The translations under genes and the position numbers were made by a program. From Paragordius varius (Eukaryota > Animalia > Nematomorpha), in assembly GCA_964247055.1 (NCBI GenBank), contig OZ176057.1, positions 1,178,001 to 1,242,000 on the forward strand: a DNA stretch of 64,000 nucleotides. The letters are read 5' to 3'. Below the pieces are notes generated by a model. It was not told the origin of the DNA. It saw only the letters and a program-made list of their open reading frames with translations, and ran no database searches. Position 1 is the stretch's first letter, and every line of letters starts with the position of its first letter. This document shows positions 12,920 through 26,900 of this stretch, piece after piece.

Positions 12920-15656
12920 TTTAACGTTACTCAAAACTGCACAATTAATCATCCACTCTGTCGGCTTTCAGCGGGTATTGTGTTTTCTTTTCATATTACT
13001 TATTGGAAAGAATTCAAGTTTCATAATATAATAATGAAAAATATTTTTTAATTTGCATCAAGTTTAATGTTAATTTTTTTAAATCAAAAACACGCAAAAT
13101 TGGCCTTTATGTCAAATATACTTTATTCAATAAACCCTAAATGTTCCGATAAATCACATTTTTTTTCTAAAAAGATAATCATCAGATTATAATACAATGC
13201 TTATGTTAATTGCTTGACATTAATTTTTTATCTATACCATATTTTGAGACATTAGTGACCGTATTTTTAAACATAGATAAATGGCTATAAAATCATACAC
13301 TTGGATAAAACTCATTCCTTTCCGTCCTTTGATACTCGGAACTAATAACCTCGGCCTGTTTAAAATAATATATTTCAGAAAATATTGACTTATTTATATA
13401 ATTTTCATTAGAATAGTGGCATAAATTTGAATTTCCGTTGTTTTTATTAATTCTTAATAACTACCATTTTATTATAATATGGGGCTAGTAGTTACCCCAA
13501 TTTGAATCGAAGAATTAACACAGTCATGATTTTGCTGTAAACAAATGTTTTTTGTAAGCAAACCGTTTATTACCTAAAATTATATAAAATTAAAATTAAG
13601 CAAAGATTAAAATTTTTTTTAACATAATTTAATACAAAAAATTAATGTAATTCAGACTATTAACACTTCGATTCAAAATGGGATATCTAAATACAGATTA
13701 AATTTGAGTTAGGATTTTTTAAAAACTACTTAAGGAACGGTCCTTATTTAATGCTTCTATCCTAAAATTATATAAATATGCCAAAATATCTAAATAATTT
13801 TGTTTGGAAAAAAAATTTCCATAACAAACTACTTCGACGCCATTTTTATTTCACAAAGTTTTTGCAAAATATTGTATTCATTTAATTTTAAGGGTAAATA
13901 AAGCTAATTTTTTATTTAAATTACATCTAACATTGATATAAATAGAAAAAGCGGGTTATTTTGTATTATTTTTCTATTTTATCATTGCACACATGTTCCA
14001 TTGACTAAATTTTTACCTTTCGGTTTTAGCTTAAAATAAGTAATATCAAGTATTTTTAAATAATTTTTTTTATATATTTTGGTTTATTAATGTTATATAA
14101 GTGGAAAATTTTTCCATGGTTTTTGCTTCCTTATATATTTCTTAAAGGTTTTATTTTTAAACAGGCCTGGGGTATTTAACTACCCCAATTTGAATCGAAG
14201 GACTAAAATGAATGTGTTGTCAAGTGTTAAATTAATCCTTTTTTGCGAAAAAAAGTTCCATAGTTTGGATAAAAATGTGTCAAAGTTTCTAAAACTTTGA
14301 TTTGTGCAAGAACTGTAGAATAGTTGTAAAGTATATGGAGAGCCAGATGTTATTAAAAGAATATATTTTCAATGTTAGCTCATTTTTTTATGTGATGTTT
14401 TTAAATATTAGTAAAGTTTTTCTAAAAATTTATCTTCTTTTGTATCCACCCTATTTGAATAGGTTTATTAGCGAAAATTTTATAAATAAACAATTTAATT
14501 CATTAAAGAAGGTTTTATTAACATATAAAGCCTAAATTAGATATAAACAGTTTCCAAAATAATTTTATCCATATTTTAAAATCTATCAAGTGTGCCCTAC
14601 ACCATACTTGCACTGTAAGTTTTACTTGATCATATGATATATTATCACCTCCGAATCAAGTTTTCTTGCTTGACTTAAGTCGCCTAATGTTAAATTTTTT
14701 TTGTCACACAAAGCCATGACTTTAAAAACCTGCTAGTCAAGCCAAAAAAAAATTTTATCACCCCACCCCACACATAATTTTTTAAGAAATATGTGTTGTC
14801 CCATGTTTTTGCTAAGACACAATCGATAAAATAGTGATTTATATGGGAGAATCAACTCTTAGAGCAAATTAATCTTTACAGCCAGGATTCTACAAATTAA
14901 TATTTGATATTAAATGCATACTATGATACAATGCAATTGATTTAATTTGTATTTTTGTATTAATCGAATATATACTATTTTTCGGTCAAAGGCGACTTTT
15001 TCAGCCAAACGCAACATATTTTCATCCAAACACAACAACATGTGTAGTTCGTTTGGATAAAAAATGTTTTTTTGACTGATGCTAAATGTTATATTGTTTA
15101 AAAGATTAGGGTTACCGTAAAAAATAAAAGACAAAATGTTTTGAAAAATAGCCATACTTTAATTGACATTCCCCTTATGATCAATATTTTGACATATATA
15201 TTATTGCGTGTTACCAATTTATATATTTGTTATTTTGAAACACAAAACGATAAACTATAAAAAAATTATAGTTTTAAATTGGTTGTCCTTTTATTTAAAT
15301 ATATTTATCTTGTTATTTTATAATGTTTTGTCTTTATAATTTAATATCGCTGAATTTCACACAATTTAATTGGCTTATAATCTTATATTATAATTTTAAC
15401 AATTGTATAGTAATTATCTTGATGAGGGCTAATAATTTTATTTATATAGAGTCGGTGGACCAGTCCCCGCCTTATTTTATCTAATATATTAAAACACAAC
15501 ACAATAAATCTTAAATTAATTTAATAAATCCATATATAAATATGATGGAATTATTTATTTTTTAAATTAATATTTAATTTTTTTATAATTGTAACATAGA
15601 TTTATGATAAAGAGGGGCCAAAACGATTTTTGAAACGATAGACAGAAGCCAAAAAT

Positions 15657-17133
15657 TTATTTGCACATACAAGTGGCACAGCCTTTGGGGTCGCTTCTAA
15701 AACCACGGGGACATTTTTTGCATCTCAATTTTCGGCAAGGAAACCCTGTAATTAATTAGAAAGCAATTATTTGATACATCATATATTTTATTTCATATAT
15801 TTTTTTGAAATTTTTATTTTATTTAAAATGAATCCTTTTTTTGATGATAGTACCGATTCATTCGATATTTTTTTAATTGATCTTATATATGTTCGCTATA
15901 AATCCAATTTCATTTTCTACCTATTGATACATTTATTGCAAAAATTTGGCTAAATCTATGATAAAATAATTAAAAAGATTCTATTCTCAATTTACAATTT
16001 TTTTATTTTATTTTTAAGTTCTAAAATTTCTTAAATTTTGAAGGGCAAAGATTTTTTACCGCTTCCATCCTGCATCAAAATTGTATGAAGCATATTTTGT
16101 TAAAAATTTAATTTTTGAAAAAATAGGCAATTTTTTAAAAATATTTTTATTTGATACCAAATTTTAGCATATATATCCCGCGATCCTGGCATTTTTGCAT
16201 TTGATTAATGAAAACTAGTCTTTTTTAGAAGAAGTCGGCATCTAAAAATTATTTTTTAAATGTTATTTTGCTTTATGTAGTTTATAATATATTTAGTGAT
16301 ATTACACCAAAAAAATGAAAAATGTGCGCGAATTTCACCATTTTTGATTTAAAGTTCCTAAATAATTTTGAATCAATCGTTCGGACCAAAACCAAAAGCA
16401 CCATAATATATACATTTTCTATCAGTTATATATATATTTTGTGGACACTGTTATAACGGATTGTATAAATTTTAAAATAAAAAATAAGGATGCATGCGCC
16501 CAATTTTTCATTTTGTAAATATATGATTAATTTATATAGAACGTATCAAAATGTTAAAATAGTGTAAACGTCTTCTTTTGAAAAAAAACATATTTCTATT
16601 AACTTTATGTCTAATGTATTATTAGAATTTATTGGTAATAAAGAAATTATAAAATATTACATATGTGTGCGTCAACTGAATTGGAATAATTTAGATTTGA
16701 CACTTTTTTAGCAGAAAAATATTTGTTTTAGTTTTTACGTTCTTTAACTTTTCCACAAATTTTTATATACAGTATGACATTGGTCAATTCACATTATCGT
16801 TAGCCAACTGGTAATACAGTAACGTATGATATAAAACAACATTTTGTCCACAATTAAAACAACAAATTGAATGTTTTAATTGTGGACAAAATTGTTGTAA
16901 TGTCAACAATTGATTAATTTAAACCCCAACTCTACTGTATTGCCATTTGGTATTAATTTTATATAAATAATACCTTTAATCGTATTTCCGCCCACATAAA
17001 CGAATTCTGCACTAACTTCTTTTTCATAGGAACCGGCAACTCTGGCATCGTCTTCATTAGCTGAGACATGGACATTGCTTAATATGGCAAAAATTAAAAA
17101 GCTACAAAAAATAACGGATGCCAAAAAACGCAT
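15657..17133 (-). CDS. Secreted antistasin-domain peptide precursor A, 82 aa
   Basis: Exon 1 17133-16974 (MRFLASVIFCSFLIFAILSNVHVSANEDDARVAGSYEKEVSAEFVYVGGNTIK), phase-1 GT..AG intron, exon 2 15745-15657 (GFPCRKLRCKKCPRGFRSDPKGCATCMCK*). Six-Cys pattern C-x4-C-x2-CPxGF-x2-D-x2-GC-x2-CxC. Confidence 0.88.
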
Positions 17134-18573
17134 TTTTCGGTGTTAATATATTTTTTTTTTCGTTAAAATTTGAAAAAAATTTAATTTTAAATTATGGAGG
17201 AGATTAAAAAATTATCCAATTTATATGTGGGTAGGGCGTCTCTTTGTAACAAAAAATTTGGAATTAAATCCAAAAGATTTTTTGGCAATTTGGGCAAGCG
17301 ATATCCGAATCAAAAATTATTTTGGACTTAAACACTCCCATTTTATGTTTTGAGGCATTTGGAATCATATATAATTAATATTTTATAACATTTCCGCCAA
17401 ATATGATAATTTAATTAAATTGATCACATAATAATATAAACTCTAAAATTAGACATAAAATAAATTGATAAACATTCGAAAAATACTCTTTTTAAAAGAT
17501 AGCATAAAATCACTCTATAATATCTTTTGATTTTAATAAATTGGCATATTATTATATCCAACTGATAAATTTAACCCCAATCAATAAAAAAATAAGAATT
17601 TTCTTACAGAAATCCAAGTCTCCAAAATTGGGCGCTTTAGGAAGAGGTTCTGATTGAAATTCAATAAACATTTTACATTCCGTGGAACATGTCAAGACAA
17701 TTAAATTAGCCTTAAAGGGTATGACCGCCCTGCCTGTAAAATCCCGTTTATCGCAGAAAGTTAAGGTTTTTTTTGGGTTAATGTATGAAAGCATATCATT
17801 TAATGGTCCTCTGCATTTTGAAGAAAAGTGTGTTTGCAATCCATATCACAAATTATTTTCGGACATCACAGTGGCTCTTCGGTTATTTAAAAAGCTTGTC
17901 CAGCAGGGACAAATATATAAAAATAAAAATTAAACGTGTGTATATTGCCCTCATGTAGTATATATTCCTAGACAGGCTATATATTTTTCAAAAATTTTAT
18001 TTAACATAATGTGCACTATTTATGGTGTAGCTCTTACTACAAAAGTACAAACCACTTTTTTATAAGACTATGAAGCCCTAAAACAAAAGCACCATAAGAA
18101 TCGTCTAAAATATATTTTTCAAGATTATATACATTATCGGGGTTGTTTCAATGATAAAACCATTGCATAATATAGCATGTTTCAAATCATAACCGATAAA
18201 TATTTAACAATAGTGCCATCAAATCTTTTTTGGGTGTTAATCTGGTTTAGTTAAAATTACAAATTTTTATCTTAATCAAAATATAATGTAAACTGATTGG
18301 CTTTAATAGATTATAACGTAAACATGATGACTTTGGGCGCAATTTTTAAAATAATTTGGTATAGGTATATAAAAAAATGATATTGGTTTAGTGCCAGAAT
18401 AATTTAATATAGGTTAATCAATTTAAAATCAATTAAGCTATTGTTTTTATTTAATAATCTTGCTCATTCTGTGCCAATAAGTATTTAAAAATTTGGAAAG
18501 AATGAAGTAAGGGGTATGTCACACTATTTAAATTTTAACTTATTTTTATTTTATTTTCTGCAAAAAATAAATT

Positions 18574-19235
18574 ATGGTTAAATACGTATCTCTGATTAGC
18601 TTTTTGGCCCTTACCAGTTTTGTACTGGTTGTTATCATTCAGACCTCCATAAAACCGGTACACTGTGAACAGAGACGTGTGGTCGCTGGCTCCGTTAACG
18701 TAGATGTTGATGTTGATTTCATTGTGGTTGGAGGGAATAGGATTGATGGTATGAAAAACATAAATACTTTACGCTTTTTTAACGTTTTTTCCCGATTCGA
18801 TATTTAATGAAAGTATCGAGTTTTCTTGAACTCCTCGCCTAATATATCCTTACCTTAAACGAGAAATGACAATCGATTTTATGACAATGCTTTATATATA
18901 TATATATATATATATTAAGCAAAACAGACACATATTTTACATACATAAATTGCTAAAGTAATAGGTATTATATTGAAAATCAACATATCAAATTTTATTT
19001 TTAAAGGCTGACTTGGAATACTATTCAATTATTACCATACAATTTTGAACATCTCACGGTTTTCCCATCATACTCCAACTTAAGGTGCTAACAAAAATAA
19101 CTGTCTATATAACGGGTTTAATAAAATAAAAGTTGGGTGTGTATTTAATAAAATAACTAATTATTTCAAACTATTTTTTATCTCATTAGGGTAAAAGCTA
19201 TAACTATTGTTTACCTAATTAAGTTATATTACTAT

Positions 19236-19280
<45 letters not shown>

Positions 19281-19733
19281 TAATTAATTACATGTACTTT
19301 TTATTTGTCGTAATGCCTATGGCCTTTAAAATCATAGACTATTATTGTTTGAACGGAATTCAATTCTAGTTGAAATACACACCGAATAAATTGGAAATAT
19401 AAGGACAAAATCTATAAATTAAAACACAAATATTTTTCTCAAATCTATTATTGAGTTAATCTTTATTATAACATATTTTGGGATCCAAAATAATGTTAAG
19501 TTTAGAAAGTATGTTACCTTTTTACCAAAATTTGTCTTTTAGTTTTGACTCATTATACGTAACCATTTTTGATTTATAATTTTTCCTTAAACTACAAAGC
19601 TTTTATAATTTTATCATTAAAAATATTTTTAATAGGTCGACTATGTCCTAGGGTACGTTGTCGCAGATGTCCAAGAGGATTTCAAAGTGATCGTTTTGGA
19701 TGCCAAACATGCAGATGCAAAATTAATGGATAA
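18574..19733 (+). CDS. Secreted antistasin-domain peptide precursor B, 90 aa
   Basis: Exon 1 18574-18748 (MVKYVSLISFLALTSFVLVVIIQTSIKPVHCEQRRVVAGSVNVDVDVDFIVVGGNRID), phase-1 intron, exon 2 19636-19733 (GRLCPRVRCRRCPRGFQSDRFGCQTCRCKING*). Paralog of the minus-strand gene with the same intron position. Confidence 0.88.
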
Positions 19734-22700
19734 AATATATGAATATAAAAACTATAATTGTAATTTATAAGGGAATAATGCAATAAATATAGTTTAGTTT
19801 TTGTGTGAGCGATTATTTGATTAATTATAAATCACCAAAAATATATAATATTTCATCAGTAATACTAGGTACATTATTTTCCCATAAAATTTTACAGTTT
19901 GGGTGTCACCAAATTTAAAATAAGGTTTTAGCGGCTCTTTTTTTGATTTTGGTTTCAAGTGATTCTAATATCTCTTGCATTAAAGAAAAAATTTTTATTT
20001 TTATTGTTTTTTTCGGTTAAATTGTTTTAATATCGAATTAAATTATTAAAACTCGCACAAAGCGTAATTGGGCTTAAAATTGACATAGAGTAAAATTGGA
20101 ATTATAAGAACAAAACATAAGAATAGAGAGACAATTATTTTTAAAAAACTATTATACTTTTCGAATCTTGATTTATTTAAACATAACTCATTGTACAAAA
20201 TAGCAAAGTGAAATCGAGAATTATATATTACTATAACAATTATATATTTTACAATTGTAATTAAATAGCTTTTATATGAAAAATATGGATTTGAAAAAGT
20301 ATGGCTATCATTTGAAATTATTATTGTCTTTATATTTGACGTTTTGTCCATATAATTTTAATTACTGTATAAACCAAGATTCGGAACGCGAACTGTATTC
20401 ATAGAGCCACTAATTAACAATTTTCTTCAACTTTTTTTGGTGCAAAAATAGATTTAACTAAACACTTTTCGCACATTTATATGTATGAGGTTTGTAATGT
20501 TTAATTTTACATATCATTTTTAAGATTTTTTTGTATAAATGCCAATTTTTTTTATACATCACTTGTTAATCAGAGTCTTGCTTTTTTACACTTTTTCCAC
20601 ACGTTAAAATCATGCATGTATTTTTATTAAAGAACCCGAATTTTTACAAAAATCATATATAAGAACTATTCGATTTAATCAATTTTAGGGAATGATCGAC
20701 CCACATAGAACAATATTACGGTTTGGAACAAAATTGTCACCATTTTTGTAAAGTATGGAAAGGGTTTCAATGTTAGGATATAATTCAAAAATATATGGTT
20801 TACTATTCTTCTCTAAAAACTTAAAAATAGATTGATCTAGAAAACATATAACTTTGGATATAAAAATAAAAAATTTTTATGGAAGCATTATTAATTCCAA
20901 CATTCTTTAATCAAAATAGATATTGTATTTATTTAAAAAATTATACATTTAGATTTTTTTATTTAATACACTAGTCGACAAATTTGGACATTTTTGAGCA
21001 CCACCACTCAAACTTTTAAATTATGACTAATTTCAGTGTTTTAAAACCGAATGTGAAAAAATTCTTGATCGCAATCAGAATTTTGAAATATTATAGGTTT
21101 TTCCATTTTTCAAAAACCAGAGAAAATCGAAAGAAAATTAAATATAACTTTATAATGAAATATTATAAACTTAATATCATTTAATAAAGCGTTTTAAACT
21201 CTATCTTTTGAATATAAATATGTCATTTAAATATCATAGAAAAAAAAATAGTACGGACTTAAACGTCAAAATTTAGTCTTTTTTTTTCAAGTGAATTATT
21301 AATACGTATAAAAAAATTTTAAAAAAATACTAAAAAAGGCATTCTATGGTTTAAACTTTCGGCTTTTAGATAGGCTATATTTTTTTTGTTAGTTTTCGTT
21401 CTTTTGTGTACTTATTAGGCTTTTTTTCTTGAGTTGGTTCTTACAAAAAATCCTTTATTTATACCTAGTGGATATACTTATTTTTCAAAATTATTGGTTG
21501 TTTTGTATTTTTAATTTCAGATGGATGTTGTGTAGCCACCTTTAGTAGAATTTACTATTATGGGATTGGACCATTTGTATTTACCTAATCTTTTTATTCA
21601 ATTTTATTGTAGAATTTATCTAACTTTATTCTGTGAATTGGTTAATTTAACATGTCAATTTGACTGGATTTTGCTAGCAAGTGTCTCTTATCGGGCTTTA
21701 CGATTACTTATTGTTATCTTTGCCATATCTGGCATAATTGGATCGCTTGGGGGATATGCAGAGCTTGTGCAGCCGCCCGGATCTATCACACTATACATAA
21801 ACCCCTTTTAGATTTTTAATACTTTGGCTCTTAGCTTGTTTAGTATCTTATTTAATGCCTAGAATTTTGTTATTCATGCATGGAATATTACTTATATCGA
21901 CTTGTTCGTTTTGAATACTTAAACATATGTACACGAGGAATGATTGTTATTTAATTAAATACAAATTTAAAAATTAAATTTCGGAAAAATCCTATTGGTG
22001 GCCTCAATTTTCTTTTTTGTTTTGGCCTTTCCATGCCATTACGTATCAGAAAATGCAAAAATAATGGGGTGGTGCAAAACCTTGTTGATCAGTGATATCA
22101 TATCGAGTATATTAAAAATTATACGCGCCGGCATTTTTGCGTTTATTTTATAAAAACTACTCTATTCTAGAGATGGCTAAAAATTTAATACTTTCGGAGC
22201 ATCCAATTTAAAAATAAAACTTTCTCAAATTTTTTAACATTAAATATGATACATTATAAAAATCTATGAACTCAAGCATTTAGCCTTCACAAAGAAATTA
22301 TATATTATAGATTGTGCAAATTTCCGATTTTTTTATGAAAATGCTACAAATACGTTTATAATTGTTATTCGAGACCTAAAACCAAAAGTATCATGAGAAT
22401 ACTGATGCATTTTTCTCTATAAAAATATATATTTCAAGTTATTTTTTAGCAAGGACTATTGATAATATATTTTAAGCGCTTTTCTAAATCTCAAAATAAA
22501 AATTCATTATATTCTGTTTATAAAAATTTGAATAAAAGGCTATATTTTAGTTAAACTCCTTAGTTTTTATTTGTTTGTAAATATAGAATGGTTTTATCGT
22601 TTAAATTAAAAATGGTTATTCTATGGTTTAAAAATTAAATAAATTACTTAAACAACTTTTTTCCATAATGTTTGACAAATTTGTATGATATTGCTACATT

Positions 22701-23979
22701 AATTTTATTCCAAACATCGAATCTGAGATATGAAATCCACAGAAATATGACGGTATATTTAATTTTTTTTCAGATTAAAAATTATAAAAATATATACGGA
22801 GGACAAAACGTAAAAATTAAAAGACAAATATTTTTTAGATCACCCATACTTTTTCAAACCTTGATACTACCTAAATAATTACAATTGTAAAATGTATAAT
22901 TGAATGTGACACCATTTTACATCTCTATTGCTACCCCAAAATCTAAGTTGGCAAAAAATATGTTTTTTTTATGTTTTGTTTGTAATAATCAGTGGGTCCG
23001 ACCCTCAAAAAATGTAGGAGACAAATATTTGCAAAAATATGCTTAGGTAATATAATTAAAATTGATATTTCATAAACGAATTCTTGGAATAAGTCTATCC
23101 AATCGGCAACTAACTAGAAAATATTGATATGCTGGATTACCATTTACAGTCTTAAATAAATTATTAATGCCCATGTTTATTTTAGCGGTCACCGGAATTT
23201 TTGAGTTCAAAATGCAGCCCGCGAAGCCATTTCTGTTGGACACCCCTGGTTTAAATTTGAAATTTTATCTTATAAGAATTTAAATGCAATGCTTATTATT
23301 AATATTCTTCTTTCCAGGATATAATTTTTGGGAAAAAATCAATAATTTGAAAATTTAATATCTTAAAAAGTATTAGCGTCTAGAAAAAAACGTGTCAATA
23401 ATACATTATGGATACTATCAATATACCCCAATATTCTAGTCATATTAATGAGTTATCCATCTAAAGTACATTTTTATACATTTTTAAAAAGTTATGCGAA
23501 AAATAGTTAAATTTAATAGAAAATTCTTATAATATAAATAAAATTATAAAATTCCCTTATCCCTCAAAACTCAAAATTTAGATTTTAAATCCCTTCTTCA
23601 TTTTGTGCGATTAAAAAATCTTATTATTTTGTTTTAATTAAACTTTTGAAATCATATGCATATCATTGTATCAAACGAAATTATCGACCCTAAAGTATAA
23701 ATCATCTAACCAAATTGTATTCATTAGCTAATGTTAATAACTAAATTCAATTCAACGTTTTTAAATAAATAAAATGCAACATTTGGAAAAACGGGTGATA
23801 TTTTATCTAACTTCTTAGTGCTTTAAAACTTTTGCGGTTATATTTATTATCAGGTTATTTTAAATAGACGGGCTCTATCCCCACACTGAAACAAAAACCT
23901 ATATTAAATTACAATCACCATCTAAAATTTATATCACCATCCCATCAAATTTAATTATCCATCCGTCAATAACAAAAAA

Positions 23980-26900
23980 ATGCAGCAATTGGAAAAAAGG
24001 GTAAATATATACCCCGAATTTTTGGATCTTTTCGCCCCGGGTCAATGCAGAGCCTTTGAAGACGCCTTTTATAAAATGGATCAAGACAAGGATAAACGTT
24101 TAAACTATGAAGACCTTAAGAGTGGATTTGAACGAATGGGATGCGCCTTACCCCACTTGGCTCTCAAGGATAGCATAAAACTTGGTGGGTACATTTCAAT
24201 TACCAATAATGATAATTTATCATAACGATATGATGACTTTTCGTCGTTATCATTAAGCAATTTTAGACAACAACCGTCTCTTATTTTAATTTAGACTCGG
24301 AGACTTTCTGTGCGGCCCTCGATAAATTTTGAAAATTGTAATTTGTACAAATATGCCTAGAAAATCTTAAAAAAATTTATATTTCTTAAACAATTTTCCT
24401 AAATTATTCTATCCGATTGGCGAACCTTAAAAAATTGCTATATGTTTGCTTTTTATACTCCTATAATTAAAATTTAAAAAATTATTTATAAAGGCCCATA
24501 AATAATTATAAAATCACCCGCCGAATTATCCGATTAAAAATACGGCCCCTGAAGCCATTTGTACTGGACGTGATTTAGACTCAACAACTTTTTTTTGTAT
24601 CTCCAAAATTTGGGAGCATTTATACCGTTAAAACCCTGTAAAAAAACGTCACATTTGCGTTATGAAATATAATGATTATTTTATTTTCCAGAAAAAAATA
24701 ACTTCTAAATGATTTCCTCACATAAAAATTGTTTAATACAGTTGTTTTTACTCAAGCTCATTTAATTAACGAAATAAATTATTTGCCTATTTCTATTAGT
24801 TAATAAAAGTGGGGATGGAAAGCTAACCGTACCCGAATTTCTCATGCTAATCAGAAAAAGCGCAGAAGCAGATTTGGAATCGGTAAATTACAGTAAAAAA
24901 TAAAACTATACGGACTAAACTTGAAAACTAAAATATATAAATATTTTTTCTGTAAAGATAGTAATAATCTTGATTTTTCCCATGTAAATTATTTAATTAC
25001 TATTGTGAAATACATATTTGAGTTTTTAAACATCTATTGTATATTTCCAGTAGTTTAAACAATGAATTTGAAAAAAAATCAGTTTAAAAAAGTATGGTTA
25101 TCTTTTGAGAAAAAAGTCAGTTTTTATATTTTACATTTTTTCCGTATAATTACATCTGTTGTATATATGTAGTATTGAGAGTTTACGTAGAACAGTTTGA
25201 CTATCATTTTAACTCTAATTTTCTATCGTTTTTCTTTTATTTCGGCAATATCTTTAAGTAAACAAGTGTGAACAGTAATTTTTTAAAGTTAGCCATATAT
25301 TAATTCAACATTGTAAATGAATAGATAAATTTTTACTAAAATATATACAATATTCTCATTGGGCTTTTGGTTTTGAAGCTCACGAGTCTAATTTCGAAGT
25401 TACTCAACAGATTAAAAATATGGCGCACATTTGGTAAATTTGGTACAAACTAAACTCAAATTAAATTATTTTTTAAAACTAAGAATAAGAATTTTTTCAT
25501 CTAAATTAGGTGACAGCCACCAGATTCATTTAAATCAAATTATTGGTGGAAAAATAACTAATTTACAGTTTAGCAAAATTAGTTTAAAGTGTATTTTGGT
25601 ATTTTTTGTCCAATAATTTTAAATTTTATTATGATGTCACTACAATTGTATAACATTAAATTTCAATTAAAATTGGCTTCCGAATTTGAGATAAACTTAA
25701 TTAGAAACCCAATATTTTACCACATTTGAAAGAGGTGATGAAATCTTTGGTGGATTGAAAACAGTGTTTTACCGTATCTACCTTATTTTAGCATACTTAA
25801 ACTTCATTTTTAGATCAGAGTTCGAAATATAAATGGCTTAAATGATTATATTATTATCTAGCATTAACTAAATTTTTAAATAATATACAATATTTTCATT
25901 TAATGTTAATACGATTTATAGGTTCAAACAATTTATGATTACAGAACATTATTTTAATTATAGTTTATTGGACTTAAGCTATGTTTATAAGATATTTGGT
26001 CAGATGCATTAAACTCCTATTAGAAACAAATATTTAGCAAGCGCTTGCCACCTTTTAAGTATTATCTTCTTTTAAAATAGCATAAGTCCCAATAAAAGCA
26101 CCATAAAAATTCTGTTAGAATTTTCAAACTTTATTTATCAATATATTTTTTGTGTAGGCAATCAATAAACATTTATTTCGTTGCAAAAATATAGTAACAA
26201 AGTGTTGCGGCACTTAAAAATTATCTTATGTTATTATAGGGGTTTTACCAAAATCATGAGAACCAATTTTAAAAAGCTAAAAAATACAGTTAAATGCCTC
26301 TTTTTACTTTTTTATTCAAGTGTAATATTAATTGCTTTAGGAAGCTTTGACACTCGCCTGCCCAGGGTTGACAGTTATTATGGGTAGTTTAAGGGTTTGA
26401 ACTCTGGCACTAAAACACAATATAAGGGTTGGGCGCTCTACCTATTATACCTTCACGCCTTTTTACCAATTTAAAAAAATGAAGGTTTATGTAAAAAATC
26501 ACTAGGCAATCCACATATATAGTCTTATATTTATTTTGTTAGCCGATCAAACGCATTTGGGAAGTTTTTAGCGAAATACCCTTTGAAACAACTGAGTTTG
26601 ACACAGAATTAGGTATAATAATTGTATCATATAAAGTAAAATTGAATGTCACTTTTTTTCAATTATAAAAATTGTTTAATGTTAAACTTTTTAAATTAAA
26701 TCTTTAACTTATGTATCTAAAAAATACATAATTTAGCTTTAAAAACAGCCGATGTGATATAAATATATATAATCTATTGGCATATGTGCAAAAACTACAT
26801 TTTTAGAATTCACTCCATATTATAATCATTTATATGAAATAACTGCTTATACTTTTTAACTAAAATGCTGATTGTCTTATATTTTAAAATTCACCATAAT

